Shown: piece by piece, positions 9,858 to 20,950 of the stretch
How the letters are laid out: each line of letters opens with the position of its first letter
Position numbering within the stretch: the stretch's first letter is position 1
NCBI RefSeq assembly: GCF_004010195.1
Contig: NC_057720.1
Span: 10,237,165 to 10,261,079 of the forward strand
DNA length: 23,915 nt
Direction: 5' to 3'
Source of the DNA: Chiloscyllium plagiosum
Taxonomy: Eukaryota
Notes under the pieces: generated by a model
Seen by the model: the letters and a program-made list of their open reading frames with translations, nothing else
Told to the model about the DNA's origin: nothing
Database searches by the model: none
Program-made: the position numbers and the translations under genes

Positions 9858-9945
9858 GGGCCCGCCCTTCATTCACTCTGATTGGTTCAAGGCCCTAACG
9901 AATCCCAGCACGTCACCCTACTCTGTACCTCTTTCCATTGGCCGG
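9858..9945 (-). promoter_or_regulatory. Promoter-like cluster (GC box, two CCAAT boxes, CRE-like site)
   Basis: CCCGCCC (9861-9867), CTGATTGG (9878-9885), CACGTCA (9909-9915), CCATTGGCC near 9935; locally CpG-retaining. Confidence 0.5.
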
Positions 9946-9951
9946 GACAAC

Positions 9952-10060
9952 TCGAAATGCTGACTCTCCTGCTCCTCGGATGCTGCCTGACCTGCTGAGC
10001 TTTTCCAGCACCACACTCTGGACTATGATCTCCAGCATCTGCAGTCCTCGTTTTCTCCTC
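9952..10060 (+). mobile_element. Family B pLTR fragment, truncated within the hammerhead
   Basis: cGAAAtgctga followed by ctctcctgctcctcggatgctgcctgacctgctgagcttttccagcaccacac...ccagcatctgcagtcc. Confidence 0.85.
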
Positions 10061-10562
10061 TGTGGTCTGTAGGCTGATCCAATGGAAGATATGTGCTACA
10101 TCTGGGGAAGTTTTGCTAATTTACAAGACATGATTGAACACGGAATTATCAGGACTCACACCAACATTGAGGTGCCATTGGGGATTTATGTCCAACAGAT
10201 GCAGTATCCCTACTTTGTTCATGAAATGTGAGGAATGTCATATTTGGTGCATTTAGTAAAGTTTCCTTGTTTTTGAAAATCATCGTAACTTCAAAACTTT
10301 GAAAGTGACTGTCGCTACAAGCTTCACCCAGTGACAGCACATTGTGGGGATCCAGGTGGCATTTTCTGGCCTGAGTCTCTGACAAGCAGGTCCCTCTGGA
10401 AGAATTATAGCAGGAAGTTAGCCTGTACATACTGCCCTAAGTAAACATGCTCTGCTGTATGTAGTGTGAGAAGCAAAATGTCCATATCACATGTTCTGTA
10501 TCATGGTTATGTTAGATATTCAATCCTCTGCAACACACCATAACCCACCCTTCACAGTGCTA

Positions 10563-10791
10563 CAGGTCTTTCTGCTCATTTGTGACAGTTGTGTTCCTCT
10601 GCAACCTCGCACTGTAGCAAATTGTGCTGTAGATTACCGCAATAGAAAATCGCACTGTAGAAGATCAGTAACAGAAAATCATTATACTCATTTAGCAGAA
10701 GGTTCGCATGATCCAAACAACATCCACAATTCATCAATTGCATTATAGCGAATTCGCATTGATGAAACACACGTTATAGCAGAACGACTTG
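10563..10791. mobile_element. Tc1/mariner-pogo (Tigger-like) MITE, 229 bp
   Basis: TIRs caggtctttctgct (10563-10576) and agcagaacgacttg (10778-10791), 12/14 complementary. TA on the left (10561-10562), TG on the right. No ORF. Confidence 0.65.
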
Positions 10792-10874
10792 TGCTTCACA
10801 GCTTCAACAAAGTCTATCCTGATCTTACAGCTTAACAAATGTAATATTAAATCAAGGTACCACTGATAGAAGTC

Positions 10875-11000
10875 AGAAATTAAATGGGAAAATGCTGGAA
10901 ATACTCAGTAGATCTGGCAGCATTTTGAAAAGGTGAACAGAGTTAATTGTACAGGTCTGTGACCTCAACATTTTGATCAAAGGTCATTGATCTGTAACAG
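10875..11000. repeat. Family D pLTR-like repeat with a very degenerate hammerhead-like remnant
   Basis: aatgctggaaatactcagtagatctggcagcat...caggtctgtgacct then ttgatcaaaggtcattgatctgtaac; short inverted arrangement. Confidence 0.4.
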
Positions 11001-11443
11001 TGGGGAGGATTTAATGCAGCCTCCCAGGGTGAACTATATTGATGTGTAGGCCTCCATAATCATAGGAGAGGTCATATATCGCAGTCCCATCCTTGTTGGG
11101 AAAACCGATTGCAATAAATCAGTAGTAGGAATGGGTCATTGTGAGGAATATGCTCCCTAGCTAAACAGACAGGTATTGAGTCCCTGAACATTCATTATCT
11201 CTGAATGCTCCACAATTTAGTGGTGACATCAGAATTCTCCCCAAACTCACAGGGATTTCTCATGAAGGCTGTTCCTTTCAGCAGGGCCCTCTATCAAAGG
11301 CATTTAGTGCCACTGGAGGGATCCAGCAGCTGGAGGTGGGGGTGGAGGAGGTTGCCAGATGAGAATATTCCCTTTGCCTTTGCATCTGATCATCCTCTGC
11401 CACACCCACCACAAACCCTCAATTAATAACTTAGAAAATTGTA

Positions 11444-11532
11444 CAAAATTAAAAATCACACAACACCAGGTTATAGTCCAACAGGTTTAATTGGAAGCAC
11501 ACTAGCTTTCGGAGCGACGCTCCTTCATCAGG
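11444..11532 (-). mobile_element. Solo family C element with an intact hammerhead core (11503-11531)
   Basis: Minus strand CTGATGA-a-ggagc-gtc-gctcc-GAAA-GCTA-gtg, with a perfect 5-bp stem II. TSD AAATTGTA at 11436-11443 and 11533-11540. Confidence 0.85.
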
Positions 11533-11699
11533 AAATTGTAGTTTGTTCCAACTCTCAGGTCTTATTACTATTTCATGAGATAGTATTATTTTTTTCTCTG
11601 GAGAGTAGACAATGCTGCATGACACACCTGTTTTTTTCCTTTTCTCTCACATGACCACCTGACAACAATAATGCTTATTTTTCTCCCCACTAACCCTCC

Positions 11700-11920
11700 A
11701 ACCTGCATCCCACTCCCTACATTTCCCATAACTAACCCATCCAGCTGGACACTATGGGCAACTTAGCATTGGCCAATCCACCTAAGCTGCATATCTTTGG
11801 ACTGTGGGAGGAAACCCACACAGACACAGGGAGACTGTGCAAACTCCACACAGACAGACGCTGAAATAAAACCCAGGTTCCTGCTGCTGTGAGGCAGCAG
11901 TGCTAACCACTGAGCCACCA
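11700..11920 (-). mobile_element. HE1/V-SINE-like tRNA-derived SINE
   Basis: Minus strand GGTGGCTCAGTGGTTAGCACTGCTGCCTCACAGC head and ctgtgtggagtttgcac core; homologous to 13336-13615. Confidence 0.9.
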
Positions 11921-11924
11921 TAAT

Positions 11925-12135
11925 CATGCAAAGTTACCAGACCGGAGGGCTGCTCTTTCATTAGTGAGTGACAAGTGATGATGCTTAAACCTGAGGGTCA
12001 CCTCACCTCAGCTGAGAGAAAGAGGTTGAGAAGGAGAGTCCTTCATGTTAACCTCAGTTGTTGCAGGAATTGAACCCACACTGTTGGTGTCACCCTGCAT
12101 CACAAATCAGCCATCCATCCAACTAAACTAACCAA
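11925..12135 (-). mobile_element. tRNA-headed SINE of a second family
   Basis: Minus strand A-box-like TAGTTTAGTTGG (about 12120-12131) and B-box GGTTCAATTCC (about 12066-12077); body unrelated to the HE1-like SINEs. Confidence 0.6.
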
Positions 12136-13335
12136 CCCTCAGTGTGGGATCTATCTCCCTGTTTGTACAGTATATTGAACACAATATAAATTGCAGTGAC
12201 TTCAGTCTGGAATACACAGTATGCAGATTATAATTGAGGTATTTAGAGATTTCACCCAACACAGTTGAATCTATACAGCACACCTATCTGAGTCTGAATG
12301 ACACAGTTCAGGGTAGGCACAGAAACCAGGACATGCAGTGCTGTTCCTGGCTCGGGCCCAAGGCACCACCCCAGCTGAGCACAGCTGGTGTCTGAGAGCC
12401 CAGACCCTGGTTAGTTGGCCCTATGCATCCCTTGTCCCAGGCTTTGATATAGTTCCCCTGTCACACCCCCAATATGTACAGTGTGTAAACTGAGGTACTG
12501 TTCTCACTTTTACCTTGTCACTTCTTTTCTCCCCAGGGTCTGTTGCATTTAATAGTTGCTGATCTGAGGCAGGCTACAAGAAAAAGCTTTTGTTCTGATT
12601 CAATGAATGAGAGGTGATCTCATTGAAACTTATCAAAGAGAATGCCAAAGGTTCCTTGGGTCATTGGAGAAAGATGCTTAATACCATCGGGGCTTCTTAC
12701 TTTTCTTCAGTTCCCCCTCTTTAATGCCCCCTCTGATATTACCCAAATGGTTCCCAAAGCTGCTTGTACTTAGTAGTGAACCTAATGAAGTTATTGAACT
12801 GTTAATCTCAATGGATTTCATTGACAGAGCTGTTATTCAGAGGTGTGATTAGGCTAAGACAAATTGTGTGTTATTTCTGACTGCTGCAGTGTAATCACCA
12901 AAACAAAGACCCATTAATCCCTCCTGCAGAATGGAAGGGATTATTGAAATATTAAAACCAACCTTTGCATACAGCCACTCCAGCTGCTGATATCAATGTT
13001 ACAGATGGACTCAGTGTATTTATCTGTATTCTGTTCACATATAACAGTGACTTCAATGGCTGTGAACCACTTTGGGACATTCTGTGGTTGTGTCAATGTG
13101 AGTTGTTGTCTTCATGTTGTGCTGATAGATCCTGATGCTTTGTTCAGCTCATCAAGGTGAGGAACATTATTGTTTGAATTGGAACAGTTTCAGAGCACAG
13201 TATAGATACTGAGCTTGGCTAAAATTTGATGAGTTCAGAAAGAAACTCTGTTTAATTGGCTTGACCACCAGCCACAGAGCATTCTAGTTGCACCAAAGTG
13301 AAATTACAGTTCATTGTACCCTCACTGCATCAATA

Positions 13336-13615
13336 CAGTGGCTCAGTGGATAGCACTGCTGCCTCACAGCAGCAGGGACCTGGGTTTGATCCCAGCCTCT
13401 GTCTATGTGGAATTTGTACATTCTCCCTGTGTCTGCATGAGTTTCCACCCACAGTCCAAAGATGTGCAGTTTAGCTGGATTGGCCAGTGCTAATTTGCCC
13501 ATAGTGTGCAGGTGGGTGGGTTAGCCATGGGAAATACAGGGAGTGGGATGCAGTTCAAAGGATTAGTGTGGACTTGATAGGCCAAACGGCTTGCATCCAC
13601 ATTTTTGGGTTTCTG
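13336..13615 (+). mobile_element. HE1/V-SINE-like SINE (older copy)
   Basis: gtggctcagtggatagcactgctgcctcacagc, B-box-like gggtttgatccc, core tgtggaatttgtacattctccc. Confidence 0.88.
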
Positions 13616-14427
13616 TTTTTTAAAAAAAAGTTCAATCCACTTGGAACTTGAGCTGATTTTTATTGCCATTGTCTAGGAAGTAAATTAGTCAGTAATTAAA
13701 CATATTTCACAGCATCTCTCTCTATTAAAGACTAGGGCTCTTCAGGGACACAACTCCACATCATGGGAAGGAGAAGGATCTCCATGAAATACCACAGCCA
13801 ACACTGATCAAATCCACAACAGCGATGTTATTCTTCAAAATAATCTAACCCACTGGAGCTGCCACATTTTGCTGAAGAGTGCTGAGGGATTTGTGGCTCC
13901 CCATCTGACATCAGTGCAATCATTACACATTACGGTGCATGTGAGACCTCTCAGTCTGTCTGGGGAGATCCATGACTGATGGAGCCAACACTTTCATTCT
14001 TCAGACTCACGGCCTTTAAACCATTGCAATGTGCACTTTTACAAGGCCTATAATTCACATTGTGAAAATATAGCATGGCTTCAATGGTTTATGATGGGGG
14101 CAGTGTATTCTATTTCATAACCTTTTGCTGTCCCTCCTCAGCCTGGTCCCTTACAGAGCATCACCTCTCCAAACCGATTGAGAGACCCAGCTCACAGATT
14201 AGGTGTGCTTCCTTAGTGAGACCTTTCTCACTGGCTATGGGAGAAAAAGTTTGAAAAGCTCAGATCCTTCATTGTCACAAAAAGGCAAATAGGTTATCCA
14301 GAGATATGCGTACACAATAACATGAACACGGACTAGATTAACCTGCAACAGCAAGACCAGAGCACAGAGGTACAACCTGTTGGGGGCATTTCCAGGATGC
14401 CAGGAGGCAAGTCTTTGCACAGAAAGT

Positions 14428-14830
14428 TATTTAGAAGAATGAGTGGGGATCTCATGGAAACATATAAAATCCCGATGGGACAAGATAGGCTTGATGCAGG
14501 AAGCATGTTCCCCATGTTGGGAAGCCCAGAAACTAGGGGACACAGTCTAAGATACAGGGGTAAGCCATTCAGGACTGAAATGAGGAAGAATTTCTTCATT
14601 CAGAGCGTTGTGAACCTGTGGAATTCTCTTTCATGGAAAGCTGTTGGGGCCAGTTCATTCGATATATTCAAGAGGGACCTGGCCCTTGTGGCTAAAGGGA
14701 TTAGGGGACACAGAGAGAAAGCGGGAATGGGATACTGAAACTGCATGATCAGCTGTGCTCTTATTGAATGCTGGTGCAGGCATGAAGGACAGAGTGGCCT
14801 CCTGCTGCACCTATTTTCTATGTTTCTATG
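14428..14830 (+). mobile_element. CR1 LINE 3' fragment
   Basis: RRMSGDLMETYKI...ETRGHSLRYRGKPFRTEMRKNFFIQSVVNLWNSL; tail ttttctatgtttctatg. Confidence 0.92.
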
Positions 14831-15179
14831 TGTTTTTAATGCTGAGCGTGTTTAGTACCACTGTGACTGCACTGTGTGTACCAGTTACAAGATGCATTTC
14901 AGCAACTCATTGAGGTCATTTCAGCACAAAACCCCTCTCAGGCAACTGCAAACCGAACCACCCTGAAGAAAGACAGCATGGGAACCTTATCACTGGCAAA
15001 TACCCTCTGATATCACACACCATCAACAGTAATGGCAATGGATTGAATTTACATAGCATCATTATATTCGGGATTTTTGAGAAGATTTGTAGCTCAGGTC
15101 GATGATAAGTATGTAAGTTAGCTTGCTGAGAATGAAGGCTTGTTTTCAGATGTTTTGTCGCCTTACTAGGTAACATCAT

Positions 15180-16270
15180 AGAGAGAATTGTAAGGGATAG
15201 GATTTATGCACATCTGGATAGGAATAATGTGATCAAGGATAGTCAGCATGGTTTTGTGAAGGGCAAGTCGTGCCTCACAAACCTTATTGAATTCTTTGAA
15301 AAGGTGACCAAACAGGTGGATGAGGGTAAAGGGGTCGATGTGATGTATATGGATTTCAGTAAGGCTATTGCACAAAATACAGAGGTATGGGATTGAGGAT
15401 GATTTAGTGGTTTGGATCAGAAATTGGCTAGCTGAAAGAAGACAGAGGGTGGTGATTGATGGGAAATGTTCATCCTGGAGTTCAGTTACTAGTGGGGTAC
15501 CGCAAGGATCTGTTTTGGGGCCACTGCTGTTTGNNNNNNNNNNNNNNNNNNNNNNNNNNNNNNNNNNNNNNNNNNNNNNNNNNNNNNNNNNNNNNNNNNN
15601 NNNNNNNNNNNNNNNNNNNNNNNNNNNNNNNNNNNNNNNNNNNNNNNNNNNNNNNNNNNNNNNNNNNNNNNNNNNNNNNNNNNNNNNNNNNNNNNNNNNN
15701 NNNNNNNNNNNNNNNNNNNNNNNNNNNNNNNNNNNNNNNNNNNNNNNNNNNNNNNNNNNNNNNNNNNNNNNNNNNNNNNNNNNNNNNNNNNNNNNNNNNN
15801 NNNNNNNNNNNNNNNNNNNNNNNNNNNNNNNNNNNNNNNNNNNNNNNNNNNNNNNNNNNNNNNNNNNNNNNNNNNNNNNNNNNNNNNNNNNNNNNNNNNN
15901 NNNNNNNNNNNNNNNNNNNNNNNNNNNNNNNNNNNNNNNNNNNNNNNNNNNNNNNNNNNNNNNNNNNNNNNNNNNNNNNNNNNNNNNNNNNNNNNNNNNN
16001 NNNNNNNNNNNNNNNNNNNNNNNNNNNNNNNNNNNNNNNNNNNNNNNNNNNNNNNNNNNNNNTCAGCGGGTCGTTAGTTCATGGAATGCCCTGCCAGTAA
16101 CAGTGGTGGACTCTCCCTCTTTATGGGCATTTAAGAGGGCATTGGATAGGTATATGGAGGATAGTGGGTTAGTGTAGTTTAGGTGGGCTTGGATCGGCGC
16201 AACATCGAGGGCCCAAGGGCCTGTACTGCGCTGTATTCTTCTATGTTCTATGTTCTATGTTCTATGTTCT
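15180..16270 (+). mobile_element. Relatively young 5'-truncated CR1 LINE
   Basis: SQHGFVKGKSCLTNLIEFFE, WIRNWLAERRQRVV, SGVPQGSVLGPLLF, QRVVSSWNALP; (TTCTATG)4 tail at 16239-16266. Confidence 0.95.
15534..16062. other. Assembly gap (529 N)
   Basis: Run of N inside the CR1 copy. Confidence 1.
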
Positions 16271-17475
16271 ATCAGTGAGAGTCTCTAGTGAATTGCTGGT
16301 GGTATGTCCCGCCTCTCCATTTATAGCTCTTGGCTTCTTAAAGTGGATGATGTCTTTTCCAGTTTTTTTTTCAAGGGAAGGTAGATTGGGTCCAAATCAA
16401 TGTGTTTGTTGTTGGAATTCTGGTTAGAATGCCACGCCTCTAAGAATTCTCATGCGTGTCTTTGTTTCGTCTGTCCTAGGATGTGTGTGTTGTCCCAGTC
16501 AAAGTGGTGTCCTTCTTTGTCTGTATGTACAGAAACTAATGATAGTAGATCATATCTTTTGGTGGCCAGTTGGTGTTCATGTATCCTGATGGCAAATTTC
16601 CTGCTAGCTTGTCCGATGTAGTGTTTTTTATAATTCTTGCATGGTATCTTGTAAATGAAGTTAGTTTTGCTGGTGGTATCTATTGGATCCTTTAGGTTCA
16701 TTAGTCGCTGTTTAAGTACGTTGGTCTGTTTGTGGGTGACCATGATGCCAAGGGGCCCGAGTAGTCTGGATGTCATTTCTGATATGTCTTTGATGTAAGG
16801 TAATGTGGCTATAGTTTTTGGTTGTGTTGTGATACCAAATTTCTTTGGGTTTGTTTCCGAGGAATCAGCTAATTGTGTTTATTGGGCACCCTTTTCTTGT
16901 GAAATGTTGCGTGGATATTTTTCTTCTGGATATTTTATAGTTCTTGGGTGCTGCAGTGTGTTGTAGATCATTGAAATAATGTCTTGGTACAGCTTCGTTT
17001 GTGGATGTTGGGATGATTGCTTATGAATTTAAGTATTTGGCCCTTGTGTGCTGTTTTTCTGTAGACACTGGTTTGAAGTTCTCCGTTAACTGTACGTTCA
17101 ACTGTCACATCTAGGAATGGGAGTCTGTCGTCATCCTCCTCCTCTTTTGTGAATGTTATGCCTGTCAGGATATTGTTGAAGGTGTTGTATGTTTCCTCTA
17201 CTTTGTTCTGTTTTGTGATGTCAAAGATGTCATCTACATAACGGACCCAAAGTTTGGGTTGGATAGATGGGAGGGCAGCTTGTTCAAGTCACTGCATTAC
17301 TGCTTCCGCCATGAGCCATGATATTGGTGATCCCATAGGTGTTCCATTGACTTGTTTGTGGGTTTTGTTATTGAATGTGAAGTAGGCTATGAGGCACAGG
17401 TCCACTAGCTTGAGGATGTTATCTTTGCTGATGAAGTTGGTGCTGCCTGGTGGTTGTGGTCCTGGTTTTCCTCGA

Positions 17476-18073
17476 AGGGATGTCAGGCCAAAAAAAGGAA
17501 AGACACTTAATGTTCAAGAAATTAAAACCTTAGAAAAACTTAAAAAAGACAAAAACCTTGTCATCCTACCTGCAGACAAGGAACACATGACCACTATTTT
17601 TAAAAAATCTGACGATCTTAAAAAGGCAAATGCTCTACTTGCAGATACCAACATTTATCAGCAGGTGGCGGTAGACCTAACCTCACAGCTATTAAAAAGA
17701 ATCTCATCCTTTTTCACAGCATTTTTAAAAATCAAGAGGATTAAACAGGACAGGCTTCCAAAACATGAAACCAGATGGATCCAACACACCACGCTTCTAC
17801 GGATTACCCAAAATACACAAACCAGGGCCTCGCTCAGACTAATAGTCTCCCTGACTGGTACACAAACATGCCAACTCGCCAAAGAACTCCACCAAAAACT
17901 CAAACACCTAATTGAAGATTCATTCCACTCCATTCACTCCACCCAAGAATTCCTGAATACCATCAAAGACACCAAGATGGAAGAGGACAAAATAATGGTC
18001 TCCTTTGATGTTTCAACCCTTTTCACATCAATTAACATCGATCTCGTCAAAGAAACATTGGCATCACTACTAG
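17476..18073 (+). mobile_element. Inverted 5' RT segment of the adjacent Penelope element
   Basis: LVILPADK...LRLIVS...MVSFDVSTLFTSINIDLVKETLASLLE (N-terminal RT motifs) in the opposite orientation to 16271-17475. Confidence 0.88.
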
Positions 18074-18440
18074 AGATTTATAAAATCATGACGGGAATGA
18101 ATAAGGTAAATAGCCAAAGTCTTTTCCCCAGGGTAGTAGAGTCCAAAACTAGAGGGCACAGACTTAAGGTGAGTTGAGAAAGATTTATACGGGACCAAGG
18201 GGGCAATCTTTTCACACAGAGGGTGGTGCGTGTATGGAATGAGCTGCCAGAAGAAGTGGCGAGGCTGATACAATTACAACATTTAAAAGGCATCTGGATG
18301 GGTGCATGAATAGGAAGGGTGTAGACGGATGCAGGCAAAATGGTGGCAAATGGGACCCTAAATTAATTTAGAATATCTGGTTGGCATGGACTGGTTGGAT
18401 CAAAATGTTTATTTCTGTGCTGTACATCTCTTTGACTCTA
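18070..18440 (+). mobile_element. CR1 LINE 3' fragment
   Basis: EIYKIMTGMNKVNSQSLFPRVVESKTRGHRLKV and TQRVVRVWNELPEEV; short tail ctctttgactcta. Confidence 0.9.
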
Positions 18441-18602
18441 ATAGACATTATTCATGTTATATGAATAAAGTAATGGTTCTGAAGGGGATAATGCTCATGG
18501 TGCATTGGTTCCACCCATTCCACTGATATCACACACAGTTTATGGGGTAAATACAAGGAATTCTACCTCTGAATTTCATAGAGAAAATGTATTTAGGTGA
18601 TA

Positions 18603-18725
18603 GGATGAAGGAGTGTCGCTCCGAAAGCTAGTGTGCTTCCAATTAAACCTGTTGGACTATAACCTGGTGTTGTATGATTTTTAACTTTGTATACCCCAGT
18701 CCAACACCGGCATCTCCAAATCATG
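18603..18725 (+). mobile_element. Family C element whose hammerhead core is 5'-truncated
   Basis: gGATGA-aggagtgtcgctcc-GAAAGCTAgtg...ccccagtccaacaccggcatctcc; reverse complement of 11444-11530 and 8714-8770. Confidence 0.85.
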
Positions 18726-18729
18726 ACTA

Positions 18730-19390
18730 CAGGAATGAACTGATGGATGAAGAAGATGCCAAAGTAAACATAGCCCCTTAGAGATTGAGGCTGGGGAAAT
18801 AGTAATCGGGAACAAGAAAATGACAGAGGAGTTGAATATATACATTACATTGGTCTTCCCAACTGAGGATGCTAATATCATTCAAAAATACAAAATAATC
18901 AATTCTAGAGGGGGTTGGAAAGTAAACACAGTAACTATCGGTAGAGAAAAGGTACCATGGAAACTCATCCAGTTAAAGACCAAGAAATTCCCTGGACCTG
19001 AGCGGTTGCACCAAAGGTGTTGAGGAAGTAGCTGCAGAAATTGTGAATGCACTGATAGTAATATTCCAAGAATCCTCAGATTCTGGAAAAGTCCCAGAGG
19101 ATTGGAACACTGCCAACGTGACACTTTTATTCAAAAAGAAAAGGAAACATGAACTGGCAACTATCGGCCAGTTATCTTTAACATTTGCCATTGGGAAAAT
19201 GTTAGAGTTGGCTATAAGGAATGCATTTAAAAATATGCTTGACTTGCTGTGCTTTTCCAACACCACACTTTTCGACTCATAGTATAATCAGAGTCAAGAT
19301 GACTACATAAAGGAGAACCTCCTGCTGACTAAATTATTCAAATTCATTGAAGTCAGAAGCAGGATAGATAAAGGGGAAGTATGTCTGGAA
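18730..19390 (+). mobile_element. Old CR1 ORF2 fragment containing a small family B piece at about 19236-19277
   Basis: KFPGPERLH and ALIVIFQESSDSGKVPEDWNTANVTLLFKK...LSLTFAIGKMLE. Confidence 0.85.
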
Positions 19391-19937
19391 TAAGTGCCTC
19401 TGAGGTTGGCCAACTAAACTCCCAGGCTGAGGGCAGCTGGTGCCCAAGCATCATGCCCTTCAATGCAGGCTCGTACCCAACATGGAGGTCCTTTGGAGCA
19501 ATAGCAGGCTGAGTTCACCACGTACTCATTGGTTTCCATGTAAAATCTTCTCAACATCTAGCTTGTTTAGTAAGATATAACTGCTAATCTTATAACAATT
19601 AACAGGAATCTCACACAGTGAGATAGGAAGCTGAATATTAATGAGGTGAATTGGGCCATGAATAAGGTGATTAACCAGTAATAATCCCCCTTAACTGCAA
19701 CTTGTCAATGCCCAGCGAGAAACTCACTGTGCCCCACTTGTCAAAAGCATTAAAAAATGCACAAACATACTCTTGTTAAATGGGATTTTACCATATTCTT
19801 CATCAAATTCTCTGGAAATCATACCATAGCTAGCATCACACAGTTCCTTAATAGATTGTACCCATGGTCTATTTTATTCTTTGAATTTAAATTTCATCAG
19901 CTGCTTTGGTGGGACCTGAGCCCATGTCCCCAGAGCA

Positions 19938-20811
19938 GATCTTGGGAGATCAGAGTTGAGTGTGTGGTGCTGGAAAAGTGCAGCATCCGAGGAGCAGGAG
20001 AATTGACATTTCGGGCATAAGCCCTTCATCAGGAATAAGGCTTGTGGGCCAGAGGGCTGAGAGATAAATGAGATGGGATGGGGCTGGAGGGAAGGTAGCT
20101 GTGAATGCACCAGGAGTGGGTCCTCACCTTCCACTCCACCAACCTCTGGAAACATTGCATCATCCTCCACCATTTCTGCCACCACAGACCTCACCACTAG
20201 GGATATATTTACTTCCCCACCCCTATTAGTGCTTCGGACCCTTGTCAGATCCACGCTCCCCTCTAACAGCCCTCACCACATTCCCGCCACCTCCCCTGCC
20301 ATGCAAGAAATGCAAAACCTGCACCTACACCTACCCCTTTTACCTCCGGTCAAGGCCACAAAGAATCCAATAGAAATTTACCTGTACTCCCACAAATGCT
20401 ATCTATTGTACCCGTTGGACCTGATGTGGTCTGCTTTACATTGGGAAGACAGGATGTCAACTTGTGGATCACTTCAGAGAACATCTCTGGGATACTTGCA
20501 CCAATCAACCCCACCGTCCTGTGGCTGAACACTTCAACACCCTCTCCCACTCCACCAAGGAAATGCAGGTGCTGGGCCTCCTCCATCGCCACACCCTAAA
20601 CACCCGACACCTGGAGGAAGAACACCTCATCTTCCGCCTTGGGACCCATGGGATTAATGCGGATTTCACCAGTTTCCTCATCTCCCCTCCCCCCCACCTT
20701 ATTCCAGTCCCAAGCCTCCAAATCAGCACCGCCCTCTTGAAGATGGAGGGTTTATGCCCAAAAGATTCTCCTGCTCCTGACCTGCTGTGCTTTTCCAGCA
20801 CCATACTCTCA
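19938..20811 (+). mobile_element. Penelope-like element (family B, Neptune-like) with inverted 5' pLTR and GIY-YIG domain
   Basis: CKKCKTC (20302-20322), IYC...CGLLYIGKTG, FREHL...PVAEHFN...LEEEHLIFRLGTHGINADF. Family B repeats at both ends in opposite orientation. TSD tccccagagca (19927-19937) / tcccccgagca (20812-20822). Confidence 0.9.
20005..20032 (-). ncRNA. Minimal hammerhead core (family B)
   Basis: Minus strand CTGATGA-a-gggc-ttat-gccc-GAAA-tGTC. Confidence 0.7.
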
Positions 20812-20950
20812 TCCCCCGAGCATTAGCCTGGCCCTCAGTCCAGAAACATTATCACTATCCCTGACAATAACATATAAACATATGGGAACAGTTAGTGCTG
20901 AATCTTGCAAACCACTAGACGCTAGCACATTGCCGGCACAGTGGAATAAA

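Larger units (their letters stand above)
15070..17475 (-). mobile_element. Penelope-like element (family A) with RT, GIY-YIG and pLTR; interrupted by a CR1 at 15180-16270
   Basis: Minus strand GTPMGSP, PKLWVRYVDDIF (YVDD at about 17229-17240) and FIYKIPCKNYKKHYIGQ...HHFDWDNTHILGQ. 15070-15179 plus 16271-16295 match the family A pLTR. Confidence 0.92.
19875..20860 (-). mobile_element. Head of a Deu-type SINE split by the Penelope insertion (pieces at about 19875-19937 and 20812-20860)
   Basis: ttgaatttaaatttcatcagctgctttggtgggacctgagcccatgtccccagagca | ttagcctgg resembles the reverse complement of the 5550-5610 SINE head. Confidence 0.55.

Noticed and set aside
11000..11420. Probable old dispersed repeat (also about 19400-19810)
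   Set aside because: Too decayed to define termini or family from the sequence alone.
12500..12600. Strong plus-strand splice acceptor (cttcttttctccccag) at about 12536
   Set aside because: No matching donor or recognisable peptide; it runs into a small CR1 scrap at about 12605-12640.
14160..14420. Minus-strand acceptor-like sites and a hydrophobic ORF (VNLVRVHVIVYAYLWITYL)
   Set aside because: No recognisable protein family and no consistent exon chain.
15368..16177. Long ORFs of 269 and 214 aa
   Set aside because: They are artefacts of reading through the N gap inside a CR1 copy.
17389..18177. 262-aa ORF as a novel gene
   Set aside because: It is a chimera of antisense Penelope, the inverted Penelope RT block (with internal frameshifts) and a CR1 3' fragment.
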